In this document: in pieces, positions 52,441-64,000 of the stretch
Layout of the letters: every line of letters begins with the position of its first letter
Numbering within the stretch: position 1 is the first letter of the stretch
Assembly: GCF_006345805.1 (NCBI RefSeq)
Contig: NC_043012.1
Span: forward strand, 7,812,001 to 7,876,000
Origin: Octopus sinensis
Taxonomy: Eukaryota
Length of the DNA stretch: 64,000 nt
Reading direction: 5' to 3'
Program-made: the position numbers and the translations under genes
The notes under the pieces: generated by a model
The model's input: the letters and a program-made list of their open reading frames with translations, nothing else
What the model was told of the DNA's origin: nothing
The model's database searches: none

Positions 52441-52822
52441 TCTACTATAATAATACTCCTGTGTTTATAAATGAGAAAGGAAGGGGTGATGGCATACTTG
52501 GTAGTGGGATGATGAAAATTGTACACTGAAAAAATCAAACAGTGTTTCAACTATGTGTGAATATAAGAGGAGGGGGGTAGGTGAATGTGTGTGTATGCAC
52601 AATGGAAGTGGGATCCCTTAGTATTTGGGTTTATTTTTTGATTGGTTGAATCTTGGTTGTTCTTTTTTTGTTGGTCAGTCATTTTTAGCGTTTTGGCAAA
52701 AAAAGCAATTCTAAAAAAATTCTTTAACGTAAGCATGTCCAAACAAGTTGAATGCTTACACAGAACAGGTTTTACAGCCACATCATCCAAACTGACCAGG
52801 TGAAACTGGGCTTAGCTGCTAG
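52441..52822 (+). mobile_element. Degenerate non-autonomous Helitron in RPL17 intron
   Basis: a|TCTACTATAATAATA start. CCAGGTGAAACTGG hairpin then CTAG|t end. Confidence 0.55.
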
Positions 52823-52869
52823 TATATATATATATATATAAAAGAACGAAAACACTAATTTATTAATGA

Positions 52870-54180
52870 TGGAAGTAGAATAATACCAAAAGGTTGTCTT
52901 TATATCCAAATTAACATAGATTTCTTGTCAGAACAATGAATACTGCATTGAGAAATCTTTTCACATCAGAGCTTGGTGCATAACGACAGATATAGATCGT
53001 AGCAGACATATTTGTCACGGGTGCCGGAACGCTCATATCACATGATTTTATTCCAATGGAAACTACCAATGGTAGGCACCCCATCACCAAATGCCAGTAA
53101 AGTCTAGTTGTTACGATATATAGAACACCAGCATATTTCCAGACACTGATGTTGCAAATAACCAGCAGGTTTGATAAAATCCAGTAATTAAGCATCTGGT
53201 GCATAAAAACGCACGCAGAGATTATAATGGATAAGTATTGTCCGTCATGGAATCTTTCTTGATAAAAATCTTCTTGTAAAATTTCTTCAAGCCATTTGTA
53301 TTTGGCTTCTGATTGGCTAAATTTACAATGCATCAAGTGGTCGGAAGAAATTTAACAAGAATCAGAGACTGCTTTATTTGAGCGAATACAAGAATTACTG
53401 TCTTGCATTATTCTATCGGAGTTTGGAAAGGCATCCAGGCATTAGAAACCAAACCGAAACAGAAATAGAGCCTGAACAGCTCCTGTCAAACCATCCAACC
53501 CATGCCAGCATAGAAAATGGACATTAAATGATGATGACGAACAGACTTAAAACATTTCTCTAACAATTACTATTACAGAAATGGGTTAACAACCTGAAGT
53601 CAATTACATAAGGATTGTGTAATTTATTTCAAATGACAAAACCATACACAAAACACAGGTTAGGTTGGGTCCAGTTCTTGCTTTGAGAAAACAGAAAAGA
53701 AATCCCAAATTTCCCACATATTCATTGCAGGTAGAAAGTGAGTCAAACAGACACAGGCTGGTGCTTGTGTACCGTTTTGACGAAATGGTTCATGTTCTAT
53801 ACACGGCACTAATATTTTATCAAATAATGATTTTGTAGAACAAACTAGATCAGCCACAATAACTTTTGGAAATGGTAAGGGACGGGGAGAAATCCAGCTA
53901 TTAATAGTAGGAGCATTTAGGTGTTCGTGTATAAGAAATAAGGATTTCTTGACTGTGGAGTCAAAAAGTAGAGACAATCAGTTTAGAAGCCCATGGATCA
54001 AGTCCTGCCACCAACACCAAAACCTTGAAATATTCGTGACATCTCCCTTCAAAACAAGCACCATGGCCAGCAAGTTCATCAATATATTATGAACATTATG
54101 CTGAATCACCACAGCATAAAATGTCTGTGAGAGAGGCCAGTAACATACTGAATGGGTGGAGCACCAGCACATATCCATTT
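52870..54180 (-). mobile_element. Highly decayed R4/Dong-like LINE remnant, interrupted by SINEs
   Basis: Fragmentary similarity to recalled R4 motifs (HDGQY, TTRLYWHL, YICRY, YWPL). Many disruptions. Confidence 0.35.
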
Positions 54181-55122
54181 GACATGTATCACCATTGTTT
54201 CTATCACTTTTACCTGCTTACATCAGTTGAACAGAATTTACCAAGGTAGATCTTCTACAGATGGATGCCCTTTATGTGGCCAACCCAAACAAGGTAATTA
54301 CCCCCCCATAGCTAGACATGCTTTTTACAGACACATCAACATTGTTTAATGTCCATTTTTCATGCTGGCAAGACACTAATCGCCTGTTGTGGCATGCTTT
54401 CTATGGTTGCATGTGCCTCCTAACACCAACCACTTTACAGAATGCGCCGCTTGTTTTACGTGCCACTAGCACAGGTGTGTTCATGCAGCACCAGCGTGAG
54501 TGCATTTTGTGGCACCAGCACATGCAAAGGAATAGCCTGTGTGTATGGATGGCAGCGATTTTAAACAACATTTACCATTATGACAATGACACTTGTTTAC
54601 AAACAACTATCATGCAATGTAAAACCAAGGCCACACCCACGTGATAGCGGGACTAGGTGCAGGCATGCCAGTGTGGTAAGAAGTTTGCTTCACAACCACA
54701 TGGTTTTGGGTCCAGTCTTATAATATGGCACGTTGGTCAAACGTCTTCTAGTATAGTCCTGGGCCGACCAAAGCTTTGTGAGTGGACTCGGTAAATGGAA
54801 ACCGAAAGAAGCCCATCATATATTACACAGGTGCATGCATGTGTCAATGCATTTGCCGTCTCCTTGCCTCGATGCCACTGTCATGAATGTGGCATCCATT
54901 TCCAATCTTCTATGAAAACATGTCTGCTTAAGGCGACAACGCCACCTTACCTGAAGAAAAATCTGCCTCTACCAATACACCTGACTCATGCAAGCACAGA
55001 AAAGTGGACATTAAAACAATGATGATGAGGATAACCAAGACTATAGAGGTCATTATAATGGTATCAATACAAGACTATGTAGAAAAAAAACCCCATCTGA
55101 GAAAAGAAGACAAAATATTTAC

Positions 55123-55163
55123 CTTGAAGTGTACACGTAGGAGAGAGCCTCTAGCCTTGGCAG
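55123..55163 (-). CDS. RPL17: RPL17 coding exon 2 (SAKARGSLLRVHFK)
   Basis: Acceptor tttacag, donor GTAAAT, 41 nt. Conserved LRVHFK motif. Confidence 0.96.
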
Positions 55164-56491
55164 CTGTAAAGAGAATAAAACGTTAGTGCCAAAATTATCG
55201 GAGACTTAGGGTGAAGGATACAAAACCCTTAATAGCTAATTTTTACCGATATAAAAAAAGGCATGATGTCAGAACGTCATCGTAGATGAAGTGAACACAC
55301 AATAGATGTATTTTTAACACTACCATACAAGGGACATAACTACGCAACGTTAAAATTCGCGACAGGATTACCATACACTGCTTACTTCGAATTCCCATTG
55401 TACTGAGTCATGTGGATTCATTAAAACACTTGATATATTTTTCTTGCTAAATCAAGAAACTCCAGACTTGGCACCACAGAAAAAGCAGTCTCCTTGCTGG
55501 CATCATGTAAAAAGCACCCAGTACACTGTAGTGGTTGGCGTTAGGAAGGACACCCAACTGTAGAACCCAAGCAATACAGACAATTGGAACCTGATGCAAC
55601 TCTCAAGCTGTCAAACTGTGTAACTCATGGCAATATGGGAAACGGATGTTTACTGACGATATATATATACACACGATCTGCCCCACCAAAAGCAACAGAA
55701 CCATTACCAAATCAAACCCATTACGTATTTAATTTTTATGTCAAAAACTTAGTTTTAAACTTACAACATTCCATGTTAATTCATATGCAAAGCACCAGCT
55801 TAATGACAAAATTACTCTAAATTAATTAAAGCAAAGGCAATGCATTTCCACAGAAACACAATATCAACAGATAAACATAACGGTCAAGTGATCTGCCTTG
55901 AAATATCTGTGATGTCAGCTGTATAAAGAAACACATTGGCAGGCAACTGCCAGAATGATTGGAGATTTACCTTACGTTAGGCTTCACAACTATAGAGTGC
56001 CATGTACGGCTCTGTGGTTGAGAAGTTCCAACTCCTGGTTTGAGCTCACCCCACTACACTCCAAAACAAACCCATCTTCAATCATGATGTAGATTAAAGA
56101 CTTGTGTGCGAAATGTAGATGTCATGTATGTTATATGCCCCCCCCCCCTATAAAGTTGCTTATGTAATCAATTATTTACTCATCCAGTCTGTTGGAGAAA
56201 TTCCTCAAATTATTCTAATTGTAATCTGTATATCAATTTGAAAGGTTGGATAGTATATTCTGATACTCCCATTCACACTAGCTCACTGATTGGAATTCCT
56301 TTAATACCCCCTCACTGCACAAATGTAATATTTCTTGCTTAGCCCAGCCACATCTGACCCAAATATTCTACATTTTATGTCCAACCTCTCTAAAGTGTCA
56401 TTGTAAAAATACACCACCACATCATCAAAATCTGAAAGTTACGGGATAAACATGATTAATTCAAAACAACATGAATAATTGTGAGACTTAC

Positions 56492-56531
56492 ACTTGCTAA
56501 GGTTTTCGGGTTCACTCGAGTAACGAGTCAT
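56492..56531 (-). CDS. RPL17: 60S ribosomal protein L17 (uL22), coding exon 1 (MTRYSSEPENLSK)
   Basis: Acceptor at 56543-56544, ATG at 56531, donor GTAAGT, 40 nt. Matches human MVRYSLDPENPTK. Confidence 0.95.
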
Positions 56532-57404
56532 TTTTTCAGTCACTAAAAATATAAAACAATGACAGATTAGGACAAATACATATATATTAAGCAAGGGATG
56601 AGAGGAAGGAGAACGATGCAGACTTAATGACCCATACCAGTAATTAACCTATGCAGACTCAAAATTTGATTTATTTGTCAAGTTACAAAAGCAGAGGCCA
56701 CCATGTTGCAGTCTGAAGCTGCCTCTGCTGGTTCTTTGGTCCCATACCAAAACTATTCTTGTCCTTTGAGGAAAATGAGTCCCTCACTGAAGTGTCCACC
56801 TCCTCTTGGTCAATGATGCATTGCAAGTGCAGGAAGTGGGTAATATATTCTGTGCACCAAAGGGTAAAAACCACCTTTGGTCATGAATGACCATGGGATT
56901 GCACCTAGAAAGTTACCCCTCCAAGGCACAACACCGAGCAAGGTAGATTTTACGGAAGACCAGCAATTGCCCATGCACACCAGCCTCTCCCCCTTTAATC
57001 CCACAGTGACCCAAAGGCCGATACAGTTTGGCACCAGTGATGTTGCAACTCATTCCTACAGCTGAGTGAACTGGAACAATGTGAAATAAAGTGTCTTGCT
57101 CAAGAACACAACACAGTCCAGTGTGAGAATTGAACTCACTACCTTGATTGTGAGTCCGACACTCTAACCACCTAGCCATGTGTCTTCAAAAGAAAACGGA
57201 ATCTCACAAGATGGACGTAGTAGACAGAAATTGTGTGGAAATCTGTACACCAAATCACCATCAACTCAACACCTGTTTTTTTAGAATTGGGAATATTCTA
57301 TAACTCTTTTAATACAAACCCCACTTGACACTGCCTCTGATTCTGTTAGCACTTACTCCTTCTAAAGTACTTAGAACCAAAATGAGATTAATGATTAAGT
57401 TACG

Positions 57405-57504
57405 ATCCTCAGTACTGATGAAAAATACTCTTTTCCCTTCAACTCTCTCAATCACCAACATACTGGCGGCCAGCACAATGACCATTTACCTCATCATGAG
57501 GGAT
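57405..57504 (-). ncRNA. Candidate box C/D snoRNA in RPL17 intron 1
   Basis: Box C ATGATGA (57497-57491), box D CTGA (57412-57409), terminal stem ATCC/GGAT, about 100 nt, sense to the host gene. No convincing long guide identified. Confidence 0.4.
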
Positions 57505-58039
57505 ACTAGTCCACAAGGCACTGTTATGGCTAGATACGGTTTGTATTATTCTATAATAGAGACAATTTTCTTCATTTACATGGAAAGCAAATTCAAAAAA
57601 TGCGAACTGAAACAAATGGCAAGACTTCCATTTCTAACCCCACCTTTTGTATTTTTCTACACAAACCCCCGCTTTCGGCTACGGAGAATACGAATCTGCA
57701 AAAAAATTGGCCATGAATTACTTGAGGGTTGGTGACAAGAAATTGAAAAGACTTCGCCCACCCCACTCATTTTCTCCCAAATGTGTTTATTAAAAACTTT
57801 TTTTTTCCCCAAACCCCCGTTTTCGGATACGGATGTTCCGGAAAATTACCAAAAATCGGCATTGTGAAACCCCAACTCAAATTCTGACTTTTACCGCCGA
57901 TACAAAACGGAAGGGGCCACATAGAAACATGCTGAACTCCACAAATGCCTTCACCCCCTTTTCCAGCTCCAATTCCATCACCCCAGAAACGCTTATATAA
58001 TGAAATAGTAATAATGTATCCTCTCTACAGCAAAAAACC

Positions 58040-58837
58040 CTCTGGGGTTTGATGAAGACCAGCTTGCCAACCTGTTTAAAAAAACTTTCAGGTCGGGGTA
58101 TTTGGATAATTTCCAAAGATCCCTGGCCTGGCAGTGTTATAGGAATGCTTTATCTGTTCGCGAGAAGTTATCACGGCACGGAGTTTCAGTGCCACCGACG
58201 TGTCCAAGGTGCGAGTTGGACGATGAAACCGTCCAGCACGCTTTTGTTCACTGTCGGAAGTTGTCCGACTTGATAAGTTACGCAGAACACGTGTTATCGC
58301 ATCTGGGACGAGTACAGCTGTCGGCTGAGTCTATGATTAAGATGATACCGCCAACTGGACTCTCGAAGGAAGGTGAGGCATGTTTTCACTGCACGGTTGC
58401 AGTAGTAAAGGAATGCATGTGGAGAACGAGAATGGAAGGAGCCGCGATAGGATCCTTTGTCTCCGGCCCCAGCTTGCTCACTTACTTCAGATATCATCTG
58501 AAGAGCAAAATGGGGCTGGAGAAGAGGATCTTACCGCGGCGTGTGTATGAGAAAAGATGGAAGGAAGTGGAAAAAAAGGTGGGTGTCAGAAACCCAGCTT
58601 GACCATGGAGGAGAGAGAGGAAGTGGAAGCTGCAGGGCCTCATAAATTGCCGGGGTGCAGAGGCTCCAGTTATGTACTGTGGTTTGTTCTACTAAGTCAT
58701 GTAAAGAACATTTATTTTTATTTTTATAATCCAAATGTAAATGAAAATTTTTAAAACGAATCTCTTAACTGTTTTTTTGCATGTATGTCCTGTATTTGTC
58801 CTTCTATGTGTGATTATATAATCATAATAAAGAAATA
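58040..58837 (+). mobile_element. 5'-truncated L1/Tx1-like LINE in RPL17 intron 1 (antisense to gene)
   Basis: ORF 58102-58602 has a zf-RVT-type motif CPRC...ETVQHAFVHC. AATAAA near the 3' end. Perfect 16-bp TSD TCTACAGCAAAAAACC (58024-58039, 58838-58853). Confidence 0.88.
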
Positions 58838-59408
58838 TCTACAGCAAAAAACCTGTTCCTTCGCTCACACTTTAACCCAACATCTCCCAGCATAAAGCTG
58901 TCGCCCTCTTTACTGCCATATCATTTCAGTTGAGGGCCAACTATTTCTTGTAAGTTACTTGGTAACCCTCAATAGAGCCAGTATCACGAGGTGAAGTACC
59001 TGGTACACTGCGAAATAGGTAGCGTCAGACAGCATCCCAAGGCAGCCACAGGAGCAAGGCACAAGCCACTGTGTAGTCAGATCCTGCCGAAGTAAAACCA
59101 CGTGTGGAATACTCGAATGTCAACAGGAATTCGGAGCTGTGTTGGTTTTCTGCCTACAAAACGGTAAATAACTCAGGCTCTTGTCTTGTAGCAAAGTTTG
59201 TTTATATACGTATTCCACTCTACCACGTCACAATGTTGGTAAACCAAACATTAACTGCTCGGATGAAGCCACAAGGGATGCTTAAATACTCGGGTTCAAA
59301 TGTACTTTATCTAATAGCAGAAACAGTTGTTAGCTAATGAAGTTGACGTTAATTCGTATCCCCTTGTTATATAATTTCGTATTTCACACACACTATATAT
59401 ATATATAT

Positions 59409-59585
59409 CAGTGCTTTTCAAACTTTTTGCTGGAGCGGAACCCCAAAGGAAACATCCCACTGGCTCGAGGAACCCCTGTGCAATAATTTAATAGTCTTAT
59501 GCACACATATCTGCAGAGGAGAATTAAAAATTACTGCCGATTTTAGCAGTTTTGTAACTTCTTGCGGAACCCTGGTTGAAAACCA
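59409..59585. mobile_element. hAT (Charlie-like) MITE, right end eroded
   Basis: CAGTGCTTTTCAA ... TTGAAAACCA with internal GGAACCC subterminal repeats. Confidence 0.65.
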
Positions 59586-60190
59586 TATATATAATATAGA
59601 CACTGTGACGCCAGCCAAGAACCGAAAGCACATGTGGTCGCTAGACTTGCTAGAAACAACAACCAAGTCTGTGAAATCACACACTGCAATATAGTCTTAC
59701 ATACAGTGTGAAATACACACAGATTAATAAGAAAAAAAAATTGCCGGTACTGTTAGCAATAACTTTCCCCAGTACAACAAAGCAGGAGACACAAAAATAG
59801 GTAAATACAGGTATATGTAGCATAAATGAATCCGTCTAAAAATGAGACATGGAACAGTTGAATTTTCTACCGACTGCCACAGTCTCATAGTTAACTCAAA
59901 AGACATACAACCTCTGTGGATCAGTAAACCAACAAAAACTCTTATTGTTATAGATTACAACACACAAGTCAATGGAGATATTAATGTCTATGTGTGTTGG
60001 TCGTTCAGCATGTGTACATTTCCGAGAGCAAAATATCATCGTAAATTGCAGCATATAAATCAAAATTAAACACGAATAATAAGCATTAGATAATTATTGT
60101 CGCTAATACAAAAATAAATGTAATTTTATCAATAGATTAATCAAAGAACAGATCGATTAAAATCTGGCAGTGAAAATAGACGAGACATAC

Positions 60191-60215
60191 CTCAGTTAAA
60201 TACCGGAAGAGAAAG
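60191..60215 (-). promoter_or_regulatory. RPL17: RPL17 non-coding exon 1 with TCT initiator / 5'TOP
   Basis: Minus strand GGT-CTTTCTCTTCC-GGTATTTAACTGAG|GTATGT: polypyrimidine start typical of ribosomal protein genes, overlapping ETS-like CCGGAAG, followed by a good donor. Confidence 0.8.
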
Positions 60216-61008
60216 ACCTAAGTAGACAGGATTCTGGGTAACTAAGATGAATAACTCTGACAATTTCCGATTTCGATGGGAACTCTCTAGCGTATAATCT
60301 CGAACCCAAGTTTCATCTGAACCAAAATGTTAATTTCCTTTCGTTAAAATCTCATTAATTTCGTCACTTAATTACTTTAACCGTTCACCTGGCGACTAAA
60401 ACATTATTAAATCTATATTTCCGCGTTGTTTTTATTGTTTAATAGTGGCTAAACGTTTAGGTGAGGAGGTAGAAAAAGGCGAGTGTCCTAGATAATTAAG
60501 CAGAGGAGAGGTAATGATAGAGCGAGTGATGACATTGTCAGGTTATTAATAAGTTGGCAGGTAACCCGACGTCTTTCTTTTCTCTCTCTCTCTCTCTCTC
60601 GTCCTGTAACGTCATTTCCTACTACTGCTATTATGGGCTGCCCTCTACACAGCACAACAAACATTTCCCCGTAAGTCTTATTCTTGCCAATAATGTGCAT
60701 TTGTTGCCTCCAGAAATCATTGTTCACCACCTGAAATTGGGGGACAAGTGTGGACACTGCTAGTTTTAATTCCTCCGTGCCAACCACAGTTAAAGGATTT
60801 ATATATCTGCTACCACCCACACACAGAAACACGTTCCATTTCTCACTGTTGACTATCGATGAAATGAGAAACCATTTTAAAAAAAAAACTGCCGATCGCA
60901 CTCACTAGAACCTTCTTCTTATCTCCATCAACTGCAGTTCAGTCTTTTATTATCATTCTCTTAATTTTTCATTCTCTCTTTGTGTGTATATATATATCTA
61001 TATACATA

Positions 61009-61046
<38 letters not shown>

Positions 61047-62427
61047 CACATATAAACACATAGAAGGCACCACACATTACACCGCACCGCGTGTTAGTAT
61101 CTCTGTGTAGTCCGTAAGGTGCCCCCGCCGCCAACGACAACACGGACACACCACGACCAACGTCTAAACATTTCCACTTCTCTTTAGTGGACTTTAGTGT
61201 CGGTCTGTCTGTCTGTCCGTTTGTCTCTCTCTCTCTCTGTATGTAATGTACATAAATATACATACATGCTAGCTTCTTCCTCCGTCACTTATATTGCCAG
61301 GCAAAGGTGGAAGCTGTTGTTTCCTTGTTTAAATCTAAACGGTGGTGGTGCGTTAGAAGAGACAAAAACAGCCGCTTTATTCCTTCCTACGCTTGCTATT
61401 AATGTTGTCTGTGACAACGAGCAGGTTTAACCATCACAAACACCCAGTCAACAAACAACAGCTGAATCAACCATTAACCACAACCGCAGTGTGGGGGAAG
61501 TATTAATGATATTAGAGAGGAGGAAGAAGAACTAGGAGAAAGTAAGAGCAGAGAAAGCGGAAGAAAATACAAGAAGGAAAAAGCCACACATTATCCGAGG
61601 ACATAGATATCGATAGATATATATATAGATTACATAATATATATATATATCTACAGAAATATATATTTTATATTTATTAAGCTTTGAAGAAACATCAACT
61701 ATTTTGAACTTGGTGAAATTAGTGGAGAACAGCGATTATTTTTTCTACATCTTCTATTACCTTCGTCTTCGTATCACAATTGGCCGTTGTGTGAATCTTT
61801 ATGAGTAGGAAGTAATCGCAATAGTAGCACCACATACACACTACCAGCACCAGTTCCAACAACGTCTCAGAAAAAAAAACAAAACAAGAAAATTAAATAA
61901 ATATATATATATGTGAAAACAATTGCTGCACCCCGGAGGGAGAGGTAATATAAACCAACCCCGAGTGATATCCAAAACCCTGAATGACTCAGGCATCAGA
62001 ATGTGACAAGGTACAAACTTAGATCTATCTATCGGCCGAGATAAGTATATTATATATATATATATTTATTTATATATATATATATGATATTGATAGCTAG
62101 TTTTGTAGAGAGAGGATTTAATCGATCAGTTTCGACATAGCTAAACATTCGAGCGAGAGTGGAAATCGATCTTAACCTAAAAGCGAGACCTACCCATACC
62201 TATTTACACACACTGCTTCTCTTATCACCTCTATTACTCTCGTCTTTCATCTGGCATATGTAGTTTAGTTTTATTAGTTCGAATCACGACTCTAATCAGT
62301 TTTTTTTCCCTTGACTCCCTGAGTGAGTGAAAAAGAGAAATCTAGTAAATTTTCGTTGTCGGTAACATCGTCCATTTTTAACCCTGAAGACTTCAAGTGG
62401 ACACCAGAGCTGATCAGTGGTTCAAAA

Positions 62428-62495
62428 ATGAAGAAAAAGCCCAACCTTACACTACCTCCTTCCGTAGCGGAGCCCCAGAATGACTGTTCTAACGA
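62428..62495 (+). CDS. MAP2K1: Probable first coding exon of MAPK kinase MEK1/2 (MKKKPNLTLPPSVAEPQNDCSNE)
   Basis: AAAAATG start with an upstream in-frame stop. ERK-docking D-domain KKKP-x-LxL resembles human MPKKKPTPIQL and fly Dsor1 KNKLNLVLPP. Phase-2 GA|GTAAGT donor inside a Glu codon, as recalled for human MAP2K1 exon 1. The rest of the gene is outside the window. Confidence 0.7.
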
Positions 62496-64000
62496 GTAAG
62501 TACCACTCTTTCGTACATCTTTATTATTTACACCCACTCATTCGCTGTGAATTAAACCCATACTACATACATACATACCTTCACACCTCTACCTATCTTG
62601 GATAGATAGAAATGTGTTCCCACGACCTTTCCGAAATTATCCGACTATCTATATCCATACACACGTAACCTCATCAACACATATCTGTATATATAAATCT
62701 GTATATATTCCCATAATTTGTGTAGAGTGTATTGTATATGGAATAGTAAAAAGACATCACGGTCATTATTCAAATCGGAAATTCAGATATACCATCTTAT
62801 AATATTAAAGATAATAATAATTAAGGTATCAACTGCGACACTTATCTATTATACAATCTTAACCACCCACACAAGAAAACATATTTTAAATTTAAAAAGA
62901 AAACAACGTGAACAAATACAGAAAGGAAAAAAAAAACCAACATTACATCTAAACAATTAAGCATTTATTCATAAATATTCATAAATATATCCCCATTAAT
63001 ATCAGTCCAGTCTCTGGTTTCTTTTCCTGGAATTCCATTTACCATATTTCGTTCCAAGAAACCACAAGAATCTGTATTTTTCAACAGTTAAATTGTCTAA
63101 ATAGGAGCTGAGAGAGAGAGAGAGAGAGAGAGAGACCTTCCCTGTCGTCGTCACCACCACCACCACCACCGCCGCCGCCGTCGCAGCTGCACGCCTGTGC
63201 TTGTTATGTAGATTCATTAAGTCCCCTTAATTAACCACATCAAAGGCCTAATTAAGTAAGATATTTGGAAACAACAGTTGTATAGTTTAAGCTAGCTTTA
63301 CTGTTTTGCTATCGATACTGGCATTTTATTAAATACGCTTTTTCTCGCCTCTTTAAAAATACACCGGAGGCGAGAGAGGGTGTTACTTGTTTTTTTTCTT
63401 CTTTTTCTTTTACGTGTGTCAGTCATTCGACTGCGGCCATGCTGGAGCACCGCACACACATTTATACATACAATATACCCATGTACTTGTCTCTAGGTAG
63501 TTTCGCAAACTGTTAGAAATAACAGCTAAATTATTTAGAATTATATTTTACCATTAATGAAAAAACTAAAATTAAAGGGTTGGGCTAAAGGATTAGGCTG
63601 TTCCAGGTATACATAAGGACCAGCTGATAAGTGGAACGTCTTTGGTGATAGATCTGATCGACCAGGCTAACCAGGGTTAAACAAAAACACATATATACAC
63701 ATTAGACACACCTACCTATACGTACGTACACACATAGAAATATATATATATACATATATTAGATACACCTACGTGCATATATTAAATATACACACACCTA
63801 TATAGATAAGGGCCTGAAGATCACAGCATTCTCGTAAAATGAAACAATTTTTGAGGGTTTCATATGTATGAGAGTTCACAGTACCTGGCTTGGGTACATA
63901 CGCGCACACACATACACACACACATATATATATATACGCACGTACAAATATGGGTGGGGTGTGAAGGGAGAAGAAATTCTCCCGAGTAAGTTTCAGTTGC

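Noticed and set aside
55262-55420. Possible snoRNA in the RPL17 intron near 55270 (CTGA/ACA motif about 100 nt from the acceptor)
   Set aside because: No matching box C or H box and no convincing hairpins.
62292-62537. 81-aa minus-strand ORF
   Set aside because: It is the antisense shadow of the MEK-like exon, with no recognisable homology or splice donor.

Overview
This is AT-rich, repeat-dense animal genomic DNA, most likely from an octopus or other coleoid cephalopod. That assignment is inferred from the tRNA-derived SINE families and the long (TA)n/(CA)n/(CAT)n tracts. Nearly all ORFs in the supplied track are microsatellite or SINE artefacts. Four genes were read by hand from splice signals. 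(1) Prefoldin subunit 1 (PFDN1), minus strand, 4 coding exons, 126 aa, with a second intact, diverged copy of its last exon about 7.8 kb further downstream. (2) An intronless 95-aa Cys/His-rich putative zinc-binding protein resembling Drosophila CG13380, plus strand. (3) Ribosomal protein L17/uL22 (RPL17), minus strand, with a 5'TOP non-coding exon and 6 coding exons, 186 aa. (4) The probable first coding exon of MEK1/2 (MAP2K1-like), plus strand, head-to-head with RPL17. The rest is SINEs, CR1-, Tx1- and R4-like LINE fragments, Helitrons, and hAT, piggyBac and Tc2-like MITEs. There is also a set of short Penelope-type elements carrying minimal hammerhead ribozyme motifs. One of these joins a tRNA (Pol III) head, a hammerhead and an inverted 3' duplication within one target-site duplication. 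All family assignments come from recalled motifs, not database searches.
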